NCBI RefSeq assembly: GCF_964355755.1
Contig: NC_092678.1
Coordinates: forward strand, 18,369,365 to 18,433,364
Reading direction: 5' to 3'
DNA length: 64,000 bases
From: Antedon mediterranea
Taxonomy: Eukaryota > Animalia > Echinodermata
The position numbers and the translations under genes are program-made. Below are positions 29,596 through 44,157 of this stretch, in pieces. The notes below the pieces were generated by a model. It had not been told where the DNA came from. It saw only the letters and a list, made by a program, of their open reading frames with translations, and did no database searches. Each line of letters starts with the position of its first letter. Within the stretch, counting starts at the first letter, position 1.

Positions 29596-32500
29596 TATGG
29601 CAAGCCTCAGCTGTCTGAAGTATTCAAAATATTATATTATTATATCATTTTTTTATTATATTATATATTGTATTGTAATGAATTATACGTTTTGCATTAT
29701 ATTACTTGGTTTTAGCATTATATTATATCTATTTCTAATATATTGTGTGAAAAATGTAACAAATTATTGACTTTTTGTATTATATTATTTGGTTTTAGCA
29801 TTATATTATGAACATTTAATATTATATTATTAATAAAATACATTATATTATAATATAATTGTATTATATTAAACGCATTTACTTTACTTTATAACATACA
29901 ACATTATTATATTATACGGATTCGTTAGTTATATTATTATTTTGTATGATGTTTATTATACGTCACGGCTTATTTCAGTTCTTCTAACTCTTTCTCTCCC
30001 TCCCCCTGTTCACTAGCAATCAGCGGCCGGCAGAATCTGAATTGTGTGACTGTTGAAGAATAACTACGTACTAGGCCTAGCCTAGGCCTACTAGGGGATC
30101 TAGACAAGTGACCAAGGATCACCGGACAGCTACAACTAATACTACAATACAATAATACTACTACAATAACTACTACTGCTACTACCTAGGCCTAGCTAGT
30201 GAGTAGTAGGTAGCTACTACTAGGCTCTAGGGCGTATGTATGATGTTAACTACTAGGTAGGCCTAGGCTAGGCCTAGAGGCCTACTAGTACTAGGCTAGG
30301 CCTAGACTTAAGTTGTAGTAGGCTAGGGCCGGGCCTGCTGCCTTAGGCTAGGCTACTACTACTACTACTACTACTAGGCAGCCCATGATGGGTACGAGTA
30401 AGCCAAAATTTTGGATATATGTTAACCAAAATTTGGGTACGAGCGTGTTGGCATGGCATGGGTACGGGTTAACCTGTATCCTTCTAGCTAATCGTACTAT
30501 GCCTAGGCCTCAAGTAAGTCTACGCTACCCAGTCCGGCTACAATATGGTCTATTTTGTTTTATAGCTTTATTGATAGCTGGGTTCAAATCTGGGTTGGGA
30601 CGGCTTTTTCTCATTCTAAAACAGATTTCCTTATAATAAAATAATATATGAATTTATTTGTAATATTGTAATGTATACATAATATAAGTAATTGCCATTG
30701 CCTTTATTACTATTAATTATGTATTATACGGTTACCCCTTAATTATACTATAGTATAATTTCCTTGTTATATTTTACAATATTTTCTTCCTAATTCTACA
30801 ATTTTGTCTTTCACAGCACAAATTTATCATACTGAATCATCACACACCAAGTCTCATAAATCTCTACTGTATTTGTCCAAGCTACTCCAGCTACATGGTA
30901 TTGCCTTGAGGCTAAATTACACGGTATACTGGCACTACCATCATTCCTGGCTCGTCAACCTGTACCACATAAGCACAGTTTCAGTTTCAGTTTATTTACC
31001 ATTTCAATTTCTGAACATAAGAGATGAACAACTTATGGATGGATAACCGTAAGAGCGAAGCTCGTTTACCGGTCACCCGTTAGTGCAGTGACATTACAGA
31101 AAACATAAAGACAGGACAAAGGTGCAATACTTAACAAGACATGTGAACACTTGTGTTTGCAACCCCTTGGATAAAATAATATATTTATACATGGAGTAAA
31201 GACTCCATGATTTATATAATGGAGAAAGTTAGATATTATAATATTTCTTTTTGGTCATACAATGATAATTTTTAAATTACTTCTTAAGAAGTCATACTAC
31301 TCATTCAAAATAGTGACTTACACCCTGTGGTCAAGGCTTTCTTTGCTCTTATGCTTATTTCCTCCAACATACAGAGTACATAGGACTTTTTTTATTCACA
31401 ACTGTTGAATTGTTTCCCAATACATAGTACCTATTGGTATTATATCTAAAAATACAAAGGCGGCTAACACAGATAGTTCCATATATACAGTACTCTTTTA
31501 TAAATAAATGTATCTCTCCAAACTACTCCCAACTACCTAATCTAATAATAGTACTATTAGCATACTACTATACACTTTGTAGACAAGAAATAAGTTGTAT
31601 ACACTAGAGGACTTATGGTAGTACAGTCGATCACTGGCCCGGTCAACATAATCTATACCTAGATTATTACAGTAATTAAAGTACATTATTACAGAGTTTT
31701 TTTTTTTTTGCAGAAATCAAAGTTATGTGTATAGAAAGCAGTACTCGTATTAAAAACTAAGCAGGTTTTTGAACGCAAACTGGCAGGATATTTTGAATAT
31801 TTGTTGTTGTTGAAATGATGGAATCCTAACTTCAATTTCCACGAACCCTTTTATTTAAATTTATTTGAATAGACCTCCATGTAAACTCATTAAAGGCTAC
31901 ATGATTGTTTTATATTTTAATATGTGATAGTAGAAAATCATTGTGTATAATGAGGACTATGAATCTGATATTTACTTGCATTCTCATCTTTTTAAATTAT
32001 TATTTATAATGCCGGTAATGAGTTTAAAATTTAATTATATTGACTATTTTTTATAATCATCATGTCCTTATAAATTCATTTATATTTCTTTTGTGTAATA
32101 TAGTTCATATATTATGTATTAAGTAAATTGGTAAGGCCCTATACTGTTACTATTTAAGGAAAGTTTATATACACTATTATTTTATGCCTACCAATATTAG
32201 TATTAATTGTTTATGTAAATATTTTGTCTAATTGCCTTGATTTTTTGTATAGGCCAATGGCATCAATGTTTTTCTCAAAGCAAATTAGCCTAATAATAAT
32301 GCCACATTTAGACACATGATTCATTGATTTCTGATATTCTGTACATGTGTATGCATTACTAAAATAGTAGTTAATATATTTCATTTATAATGTATGTATA
32401 AACATATATTCATATTTTTTTTAACATTTTTAAATTTAAAAATTATTACAATACCTATCTACCTTTCTGATATTGTTACTATTATATAATATTCTTTGAG

Positions 32501-35500
32501 GCAGCAATAAAAAAAAAATTAGAACAATTAATTTGAGTTATACTGTACTATGTTAGTTCAGGAGATGAAGTGTGTGTTGGAGGTTGGTGGTGTGAGGTGT
32601 ATAGTTGTCACTTTAAGACCTAAATTAGATGTTTTCTGAAGAAAAGAAGTAAGCGCATACGCTTTCAAACAACTCCAAGAAGATTCACACAAAAATAATT
32701 ACTTTCCAATAAAGTAGTATAACAGTGTATATTACAGTACATTGAATAAACTCGAGCGGAATAATAACGCACATAAAAAACATTCATTTTCTTTTCGAAA
32801 AGTGCCCTCTCTAGTTTTCTATTAATTTATTAATAATTATTATTAATTAATGAGTAATATGAACATATTTTTAACATTCAATGCTGGAAGCTGGTTCTAC
32901 TCCTAACAAAGTTTCATATCTCCAAATTTCATCAACATATTCAAAGCACTTCAATATTAAATATCACATTTAACATAAAAATTCGGGTTTTGGATAGAAT
33001 TTTGCTTAAAAACATATACAAAAAACATCGATAAAAAATACTTTTCGTATTCAAAAACATTTGATACTTGGTATAAATGTTCACTATAGGTTGCTCTATT
33101 CACAGAAAAAAATTGCATTCATGGACGTTTTTTGTTGGTTGTTTTTTCAAAATAGTTATTAGCTTGAAAAAAATGAGTTGGAATTATATGGTCTTTCATA
33201 AGTGTACATTTTGTAAAAACGTAAATTTAAAAAATCAGTGATATGGCTTGATAGTTATTTTTTGTTTGCAATATGGATGGAGCAACCTATATTGAACAAT
33301 TATACCAAGTATCAAATGTTTTTGAATACGAAAAGTATTTTTTATCGATGTTTTTTGTATGTGTTTTTAAGCAAAATTATATCCAAAACCTGAATTTGTA
33401 ATGTTAAATGTAATTTATTTAAGTGCTTTGAATACGTTGATGAAATTTGGAGATATGAAACTTTGTTAGGAGTAGATACAGTTTCCAGCATTAAATTTTA
33501 AGAATATGTTCATATTACTCATTAATTGATAATAATTATTAATAAATTAATAGAAAACTAGAGAGGGCACTTTTCGACCAGAAAATGAATGTTTTTTTAT
33601 GTGTGTTATTATTCCGCTCGAGTTTATTCAATGTACTGTAATATACACTGTTATACTATTTTATTGGAAAGTAATTATTTTTGTGTGAATCTTCTTGGAG
33701 TTGTTTGAAAGCGTATCCGCTTACTTCTTTTCTTCAGAAAACATCTAATTTAGGTCTTAAAGTGACAACTATACACCTCACACCACCAACCTTCAACACA
33801 CTAGTTTCTGCCCACACACACTTCATCTCCTGAACTAACATAGTACAGTATAAGTCAAATAAATTTTTTAATTTTTTTTTATTGCTGCCTCAAAAAATAT
33901 TATATAATAGTAACAATATCAGAAAGGTAGATAGGTATTGTAATAATTTTTAAATTTAAAAATGTTAAAAAAAATATGAATATATGTTTATATGCCTACA
34001 TACATTATAAATGAAATATATTAACTACTATTTTAGTAATGCATACACAAGTACAGAATATCAGAAATCAATGAATCATGTGTCTAAATGTGGCATTATT
34101 AGGCTAATTTGCTTTGAGAAAAACATTGATGCCATTGGCCTATACAAAAATCAAGGCAATTAGACAAAATATTTACATAAACAATTAATACTAATATTGG
34201 TAGGCATAAAATAATAGTGTATATAAACTTTCCTTAAATAATAACAGTATAGGGCCTTACCAATTTATTTAATACATAATATATGAACTATATTACACAA
34301 AAAAAGTATAAATGAATTTATAAGGACATGATGATTTATCAAAAATAGTCAATATAATTAAATTTTAAACTCATTACCGGCATTTAAAAACAATATTTTA
34401 AAAAGATAAGAATGCAAGTAAATATCAGATTCATAGTCCTCATTATACACAATGATTTCCTACTATCACATATTAAACTATAAAACAATCATGTAGCCTT
34501 TAATTACTTTACATGGAGGTCTATTCAAATATTTAAATAAAAGGGTCATAATATGTCTTCGTCTCCAGTTCGTGGAAATTGAAGTTAGGATTCCATCATT
34601 TCAACAACAAAAAATATTCAAAATATCCTGCCAGTTTGCATTCAAGACCTGCAACCTGCTTAGTTTTTAATACGAGTACTGCTTTCTATACACATAACAA
34701 AAAAAAACAAAACTCTGTAATAATGTACTTTAATTACTGTAATATTAATCTAGGTATAGATTATGTTGACCGGGCCAGTGAGAGTGCGATCGACTGTACT
34801 ACCATAAGTCCTGTAGGTGTATACAACTTATTTCTTGTCTACAAAGTGTATAGTAGTATGCTAATAGTACTATTATTAGATTAGGTAGTTGGGAGTAGTT
34901 TGGAGAGATACATCTATCTATAAAAGAGTACTGTATATATGGAACTATCTGTGTTAGTCGCCTTTGTATTTTTAGATATAATACCAATAGGTACTATGTA
35001 TTGGGAAACAATTCAACAGTTATGAATAAAAAAAGTCCTATGTACTCTGTATGTTGGAGGAAATAAGCATAAGAGCAAATAAAGCCTTGACCACAGGGTG
35101 TAAGTCACTATTTTGAATCAGTAGTATGACTTCTTAAGAAGTAATTAAAAAAATATCATTGTATGATCAAAAAGAAATATTATAATATCTAACTTTCTCC
35201 TTTATATAAATATATTATTTTATCCAAGGGGTTGCAAACACAAGTGTTCACATGTCTTGTTAAGTATTGCACCTTTGTCCTGTCTTTATGTTTTCTGTAA
35301 TGTCACTGCACTAACGGGTGACCGGTAAACGAGCTTCGCTCTTACGGTTATCCATCCATATAAGTTGTTCATCTCTTATGTTCAGAAATTGAAATGGTAA
35401 ATAAACTGAAACTGAAACTGTGCTTATGTGGTACAGGTTGACGAGCCAGGAATGATGGTAGTGCCAATATACGGTGTAGTTTAGCCTCAAGGCAATACCA

Positions 35501-36788
35501 TGTAGCTGGAGTAGCTTGGACAAATACAGTAGAGATTTATGAGACTTGGTGTGTGATGATTCAGTATGATAAATTTGTGCTGTGAAAGACAAAATTGTAG
35601 AATTAGGAAGAAAATATTGTAAAATATAACAAGGAAATTATACTATAGTATAATTAAGGGGTAACAGTATAATACATAATTAATAGTAATAAAGGCAATG
35701 GCAATTACTTATATTATGTATACATTACAATATTACAAATAAATTCATATATTATTTTATTATAAGGAAATCTGTTTTAGAATGAGAAAAAGCCGTCCCA
35801 ACACAGATTTGAACCCAGCTATCAATAAAGCTATAAAACAAAATAGACCATATTGTAGCCGGACTGGGTAGCGTAGACTTACTTGAGGCCAAGGCATAGT
35901 ACGATTAGCTAGATTAGAAGGATACAGGTCAACCCGTACCCATGCCATGCCAACACACTCGTACCCAAATTTTGGTTTACATATATCCAGAATTTTGGCT
36001 TACTCGTACCCATCATGGGCTGCCTAGTAGTAGTAGTAGTAGTAGCCTAGCCTAAGGCAGCAGGCCCGGCCCTAGCCTACTACAACTTAAGTCTAGGCCT
36101 AGCCTAGTAGGCCTCTAGGCCTAGCCTAGATAGGCCCTAGTAGTTAACATCATACATACGCCCAGTAGTAGCTACCTACTACTCACTAGCTAGGCCTAGG
36201 TAGTAGCAGTAGTAGTTATTGTAGTAGTATTATTGTATTGTAGTATTAGTTGTAGCTGTCCGGTGATCCTTGGTCACTTGTCTAGATCCCCTAGTAGGCC
36301 TAGGCTAGGCCTAGTACGTAGTTATTCTTCAACAGTCACACAATTCAGATTCTGCCGGCCGCTGATTGCTAGTGAACAGGGGGAGGGAGAGAAAGAGTTA
36401 GAAGAACTGAAATAAGCCGTGACGTATAATAAACATCATACAAAATAATAATATAACTAACGAATCCGTATAATATAATAATGTTGTATGTTATAAAGTA
36501 AAGTAAATGCGTTTAATATAATACAATTATATTATAATATAATGTATTTTATTACTAATATAATATTAAATGTTCATAATATAATGCTAAAACCAAATAA
36601 TATAATACAAAAAGTCAATAATTTGTTACATTTTTCACATAATATATTAGAAATAGATATAATATAATGCTAAAACCAAGTAATATAATGCAAAACGTAT
36701 AATTCATTACAATACAATATATAATATAATAGAAAATGATATAATAATATAATATTTTGAATACTTCAGACAGCTGAGGCTTGCCATA
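29596..36788. mobile_element. 7.2-kb foldback element with ~3.5-kb inverted arms, IS3EU-like termini, non-coding
   Basis: GTGGCC|TATGGCAAGCCTCAGCTG ... CAGCTGAGGCTTGCCATA|GTGGCC; mirrored ORF-track entries (29970- and 36233+, 30804+ and 35311-, 30385+ and 35760-); spacer at about 33100-33280. Confidence 0.85.
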
Positions 36789-38904
36789 GTGGCCACCTCA
36801 ATCTTCTTTCCCTTCCTTTTAACCTTTCTTCTCTTATTTTATCTTTTTTTTCTTTACCTTTTCTTTTTTTACATTTTCTTATGTTGATATAAAGTTTCCG
36901 GTACACCATGTACGTTACTTTTGATATTCTTTTCGCCAGTATAATACTTTTTCTTCTTTATTTACTTTTTTTCTAATTTCTTTTCCTTTCTTATTTTTTC
37001 TTATATTTCTAAGTTTTTTTTTTTTTTTGTGGTTTATTTTCTTCTTTTTCTCACCTTTGTTTATTTGTTATTTGATTTTGATTCTTCATATTGGATTCTT
37101 GTTATTATTATTTTCCATTAGGGTTTTCTTATTTCCAATTAGGCCTATGATCATTATTTGTTTTAACTTTATCTTTTTCTTTGTTTTTTGTTTTCTTTTT
37201 ATAGTGTTTTTCCTTCATATTCAATTCTTTTTTTTAATAAATAGGCCTAGTTACTTTTTTATTTATTTTTCGGGTTTTTTGTTTATTATTATTTCACTAT
37301 CAACGTTTTTTTTGTTTTCTTCCCCAATTCTTTAATTAAATATCTATTGAGATCAATTGGATTCATACTTATCTTTCCAATTCGGTATTATAGGCCTACT
37401 ACAGTTACCTACTATAAACTAAATAGTAATAAAGTTTGTCAAAGAATTCTGTTTACAAATTATTATATAAATAGGTACAATTGTATCCTTGTAATAAATT
37501 AATAAGTACAAAAAGTATAGAAAAGATTATGAAGCAGCTGTAAATTCACTATAATATTTATTTCAATACAACACAACATAAAATAACAATAAACTGAGAA
37601 TTGAAGCTACATTAATTATAGCAATAAATGTAAAATACACGTGTGAAGGTAAAAACCATTTACTGTGATTAAAAAAAACACTTCAACTTTTCCGGATATA
37701 CCAATCGGATATTTAATAAGTTTTATTGCTTCCCGAGGAAGTAATAGATAAGCAGTCAATTTAATATGGTTACAATTAATAATGTTATAGGTTGTATTTA
37801 ATTAACTAAGACAGTACCGGTATTGAAAGTAATCAAGATCTTCCAGTAAGAAACCTTTTTTGACAATAAAGGAATAAACAAAACGTTCGTTCCTTTTCTG
37901 CTGCTTTTATTGTCCGATCTTTTAATTGTTTATTTTTTTTTTATAAAAGATAGATAGAAATGCCGCTATGCGAACGGATTTTTGTAACAAGTAAATTTAC
38001 TCTTCGGTATTGTGCTAACTTCTGGAAATCGGTATTGTTCACTTTTGGAAATCGAAAATTACTCCAAAAAAAGTTGAAGTCATTAATAAACCTTTATAAG
38101 GTTAAAAGCAAATTTGTTAAAATTTTGCGATGAACCATTTACATCATTAAAAGTAAAATCCTGTTGACACATTATCTAGGTGGGCCAAACAAAAATAACG
38201 ATTTAACGATTAAACGACTTTTAAATGTTAAAAAAATGTAAAATAAATAGAAATGGAAACAACTAAAAATATTTTTAACCGGTTTCTTTTGTTCTTTTAG
38301 CTATTCAACTTTTTATTTCATTTATTTGTTCATTTCTTGTTCTTTTTCTTTTTTCATTTTGATTTGATTTTTCTTTTACTTTTTCTATTCATCATACTTT
38401 TTCTTTCTTTTCTATGTTCTTTTTTGTTCTATTAATAGTCATACTTTGTGCCTTCTTTTCTTTACTTCAATTTAAAGATTCTGAAAATGGTTTATTGTTT
38501 TTGTATAAATTGCAATTTCTTTACTTTTGTATTCAGTCGTTTTGCTTTTAACAGATGCAATATTGCCCATGGGCGTGTCCCATGAGTTTAATCGGGTAGG
38601 ATGAACATAATCCCTATCAATCATCACCTTGTTATGTAACATTGATCAACCTATCCATTATATATTTCGTTTATTATACAATATTCTGACCCATTATCAT
38701 TGCGTGACTGTGTTTCTGTTCGATTACTTCTTATCACTATCATCTATATTAATGATGAACAGTAATTTACACATTTTTCTTCAGGGAATAGGCAAAATAA
38801 AATACTACTATTTTAACGGCGACGGAATTTTCATATTTCATTTATCGTCTAACTTGATGATGATGCTTTTTCAACTTTTCCTCCCAATTTTACATATTAT
38901 CCCA

Positions 38905-39115
38905 TGTTTTGAAATCATAAACCAGTAAAGATCCCAGGTTTTAGATTCTTTTTTTTTATTTTTATATTTTACTTATTTCCAGTATTCATAAAACAATAAC
39001 TAGATTCATAAATCAGTAAAGATCACAAGTTTCAGATTCATAAACCAGTAAAGGTCCCATGTTTTAGATTCATAAACCAGTAAAGGTCTTATGTTTTCGA
39101 TTCATAAATCAGTCA
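38905..39115. repeat. Degenerate ~33-bp tandem repeat (TTAGATTCATAAACCAGTAAAGRTC...)
   Basis: About five visible units. Confidence 0.75.
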
Positions 39116-42100
39116 ATCTGTTACTGGTTCTTTACCACTACCTCTACTCTCAACACTAAATGTCTTCATAACCTAACCTTACATGATACCACATGTTATA
39201 AAAATGATATGCTGTTATTACCAAATATTCCTATGATACTGGGCAAATAGTGTAGTAACTATGTGGAGATATAGCACGAAGAATCCAGTATTCTTTAGTA
39301 CCATAATATGACAAAAATACCAAACTTTTTTTCAAAATAAATGCGTAATACGACGAAATGTCCCTCTTAATTGAAAAAAAACCACTAATAATTAATAATT
39401 GCAGAATAGTTCTGAATGAACAATATCATACGCTTGGATGTCTAATAACTGCTGTGGGATTTGCCTTGTGAGTTTAATGAACAGTCAGTGTTGCAGAATT
39501 CAAGGATTTTTACATGGGGTTCTTTTTTTCCACATAAAGTGCAAGCGTACCAATTGAAGAAAAGATAGATTTTAGTCTAGTCTAGTAGATGGAAATAATT
39601 GGCCTTATTTATTTATTTTTTATTTAAACCTTGTCTGTCTATATTTGTCTGAAATTGAATATATATCCAATATGTTATCAGTGTTACCATGCAATTCATA
39701 TTTTTATTTTATATGGAAGAAGATGTATTTTGTAACCAAACCATGGAAACAACTCTTAAGTTATTTAAAAAATGTGAAATAAGTCCAAATACTTAATTAA
39801 CAGTAGGCCCTATTCATTTATTGTTTAAATTATTTTTTTTTATTATATTGCAATCTGTGTTTTAATGAATTACTAATTTACAAGCACGAACAAATAATTT
39901 TCCAAGATAAATGGATATTGTATCTTTAAAATTATGTGTTGTGGAAATAAGAGCATTTGATAGAATAGCGACAATATAGGCACATTATTCAAACATAGTA
40001 AACAGTACTATATAACACGTTTCCGATATGTATAATTAACTATAGGCCGATAAAATAGTTAATAACGTTGATATGCATATGCTTGTCACGTGCAGACTAG
40101 AGAACGTTAAGTATTATAGTCCATAGAAAAATATATAACAAAAATTGATCGATCGGTAGAATATAAAAGATTGATTGTATATGCTTTACTGTGTTATTGA
40201 AGACCTATGGCACACATTATTCCGATGGGTATTTAATAATATTACTCTTGTGAAATCATTTTGTTTTACAGCTCTGCCCGGAGCACTGTAATCCATTATT
40301 ATTGTAAGAGAATTTTATTTTCTTGGATGTCGTTAACTTGTAAGTCTTCAGACAGTCATCAAGTCAGCGATATGCTGGTCCGGAGGGGTTAGAGTAAATT
40401 ATTATGTAAGTAGTTAGTGTAATGACATACATATTGATTTCACTCGATGGCCATCTTGTATATGTGACGTGAAGATGTAAACAATGTACATTAAATAAGA
40501 GAAGAATTATTATTAACTGGATACAGTTCCGGATGCTATCAATTTGCTATTAAAAAGTAGAGTAGGGTCGTCGCTATAGTTGTGCTTCATAAAAGCAATA
40601 AAAAGTACAGTGTTAATGTAGCTAACGGTTTAAAAAGTGTGTGTTAAATTATAATTTATCATTTCCTCGAGTGTGACAACCAAGCGGGTGGTTATATTGG
40701 CGCGGTCAGGATGCAATTCTTCTTTTGGTTGGAGCATTGTGCTCATGACGTACATGGAAATGAAGGAGTGGATTGGAGTGGAGTACACGAGGTCTTTCGG
40801 TTGCCCCATGCAGCTTTATATGGCCTACTTTTTGGAATTTGATTTAGGCGAACAATTTACTGTAGTGGGGAGTACGAGAGTGGGGTGGAGCCGAATATCC
40901 ATGATAGCCACCACACGTTCTAATCATGTGATATCCTACTACCTTAATCTACTATTCTAAAGTAACCAATACAGACATTATATATGCATGCTAAATGGCA
41001 AGAGATCAAGTGCTGAATTTCATCGGTACATGCGCTCTGGGATTACAAAAATACAGCAAATATTAGGTTCGTGCATATAAATTATATGATAACACAGTTC
41101 ACAGACAAATTAGGGATTCGCCGTTCTTTGATGTATTGCGGATTACGTATAAAGATGTAAATGCCTTGATAAATTGAACGTAAACTCGTTATGTCATCAT
41201 CAACTAAATTATTCATTAATATTCAAAATTTGAAAACTCAGCATATGTGCGTTTTTTGTTTATATTATTTTGATATATCACTAGAAAGTGCAAGTGAGTA
41301 CAGTTTATAGCATAACGTAGTTTGATGACGATGGCCCTACAATGTCTATATTATAACGCTTATCATTGGATGACAAATCCCAGACTGTATACAGGGTGCA
41401 ATCATCGCCTGTTGAAATAAATTATTTCCCATGCAGAGAGAGCGAAACCCGTAACATGCCTAGGTCGTCTTAGGCCAATGTTTTGTAGTCAAACAATGAA
41501 CTTGCTGTGCCGAATGTGAAAAGCTGCTACGCAGCAATACGTACTGTTGTTTTAGTATTGTAGTATAAAATGACAATGTACACTATTGAAATCCTTTTTC
41601 ATAATATAAATTATATCTACTATAATTTAAATTACTATCTAACTTATTTTAAAGGTTTTTTTTAGCCGTGATTTATTCTTCAAGTAACATTAAATAACAG
41701 ACTTATTCCTTCAAAAGACTGCTGGGTACATTATGTAATGTTTCAAAGACAGACTCGACATTTTCTATTTTTTTCTCTTACGTTGTATATGTAATTATTT
41801 ATTTTTTAACTTGTCTAATATTTTGACAAGATGACTTTAACAAATGGAACAATCCATTGATTTTTGGCCGGAATCCTATAATTATATTATCATATTGAAC
41901 ATTAGTAATAATACTAATTAAACAGAAGTTTGTAATCAAAAATTGTTGAGGACAAATTTAATTTTTTTTACGCGAAATATATTCAAATTAATATTTCTCA
42001 CGTTTACTATTAATGTTGCAGGTAGTACAGGGGATTTGTCATAAAGCATCTTCTGAACGTAGGCCTACGTTGTTGACAGGAGACTACGTGGCCAGGGAAC

Positions 42101-43731
42101 TGACCTCCCCGTGCCCTACCACAAAATGCCGAAACAGAATGACTAAGACTAATGACATAAGCTGTGTTTAATAATGACATTTCTTGAAATTTTCGGAAAA
42201 TACAAAGAGACAATTATCATATGTTAATCGCCAATTATGTTTTGTATTAGGGCCAAATGCCAATGTACTTATAGAATATCTTCTTAATGGGAAAGAAGAT
42301 ACAATATGCATGACATAATTCCCTTTTTGTTAAGTATACCTTGTTGAATTCTTATCAAAGAGACAGGTTTACGCTTACGCGGGAAGCACTGGTATGGTGT
42401 CCCATAAATAGATGGAAGGGATTCTACTGTAATTTTCTGTAAATTGTGTTCTTTCCTTTTGTATTTATATGGTGTTTGATTATTTTGTAATATCACAAAC
42501 TTGTCTAAAAATTTAACAAGTTGTGCTGTGAATCTGTCTCGTGAATAAATAAAGTTTATATATAGGCCTATGCCTATTTTAATTAAGCGATATAGGCCTA
42601 TCAGTATATTTTTAAAACATCAACACAGAAAACAGGAATTTAAATTCGCAAAGCAATATAAGAATAAGCTTATCAAAAGATGGTTTTACTTTTTAAAATT
42701 ACTTGTGGATTCTGTTCTATTTTTAATACCTTTAGGCCTATACCAAAATTATCACACCTAACAACTTACGAATGAAGTACTGACGTCACAATGATATTTA
42801 AACTTCACGGTCAATTTCCGAATGATAGTAAAAAAATAGTGTTAGTCTTGTGGAAATGAGCCATTACACTATAATATACTTCAACTGATTATGTTAACTT
42901 TTTAAAATAGATGTAATTACCTTTGGCTATACAAACATATTAAATATGCTTTTACTATAAAATTGATAAGGTAATAACATTTTCTCACTAAAACTTTATC
43001 TCCATTTTCCAACCAACTCTACTAAAAATATGCCAATTATTAAAATTAGATTTTGATTTGATTTGATTGAATATTCCTTATTTTTCACTCAAAATTCATA
43101 AAAATACATTAAAAAAAAAGAAAATAAAGTACAATAAAGTTTGAAAAAAACAGGATAATTACAAGCAAGCAAAGCTTTTAATTTGTGGCACCCTTAACTT
43201 AAAATATAAATTTACAAAAACATTACAAAAAGGTTTTCATGTAGTATAATAAATTATAAATTATTAAGGAAAATACAACGTACTATAATATATGTATACA
43301 TCACAGGAAATGTAATTGATTAATTTTGAACGATAAAGATACAAGATGATGAATATGTGATGTGATACGTTTACAAATGTTGTTTTCACATTTGGTACCA
43401 ACAAAATTGTTCCGGTAAAAAATGACACCTAATAGCACAGAAAACAAGCCCATTGCAACTTTGTTTTTTCCACCACTCCACCCTCCACCCAAATGTGATA
43501 ATGGCATGAGAGTCTATTATGGTGGCTTTTATCCAATACTCCATGGTTAAAGGCACCTAACAATGGGCCATTATCCTTACCATACAATGTTCATTATTGG
43601 GTGGCTTTTCAACAATCATCGTTTTGTTTTGTGTACAGTTTATGAATCAGAAATGCTGAGGAGTGGCAATTTTGATTATCCAGTTGATTATAAAAGGCCA
43701 CGTTTTTTTAAAACACGAATCATTTTTCGAA

Positions 43732-44157
43732 ATGGAGTTTATTAAGAGTAACAAGGGAGGTCGCAAATTAAGCTATAACGGTTATCTTTATACCAAACGC
43801 AAGTCGAACAAAACTTCAATGATTTGGGAGTGTTCTTCTCGTAGGAAGTTTGCTTGTAGTGGTGTGCTACGTACGGACATTGGCATGACCGAAGTGAAAT
43901 ATGTTTCCGAACATAACCACGCGGTTGACACCATGAAGGTAAAGATAGAGAAAATAAGGCAAGATATCATGGAGAGAGCAAAGACTTCAAGAGCAACTCC
44001 AGCCCAGTTAGTTAAGGACGAGATGTTAAGGCAACCAGCTAGTGTTCGAGTCATGTTATCAAATGTGGAGAGTCTGAAAAGAAATATCAGAAAGACAAGA
44101 AGCAGGAATCGCACTGAAACTTCTCTGGTAATTCCTGTCGTCAAAGACGATGAATGA
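43732..44157 (+). pseudogene. FLYWCH zinc-finger N-terminus of a Mutator-like transposase, truncated (or a small derived gene)
   Basis: MEFIKSNKGGRKLSYNGYLY...W.C...C...HNH followed by a helical linker; degenerate downstream VVFSTRKLL near 44303; no intact DDE domain seen. Confidence 0.72.

Noticed and set aside
29970-36415. Duplicated small ORFs as paralogous genes
   Set aside because: Mirror images produced by the palindrome, with no recognisable domain.
36781-36791. Right palindrome end read as CACTATG (ProtoRAG heptamer) on the minus strand
   Set aside because: The left end reads GCCTATG, and the extra bases are explained by the GTGGCC duplication.
36800-38540. Phe-rich ORF 37027-37335 as a membrane protein
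   Set aside because: It arises from a T-rich low-complexity tract, and the opposite strand has stops.
40670-40960. 95-aa ORF or possible LINE 3' remnant
   Set aside because: No motif I can support; too degenerate to call.
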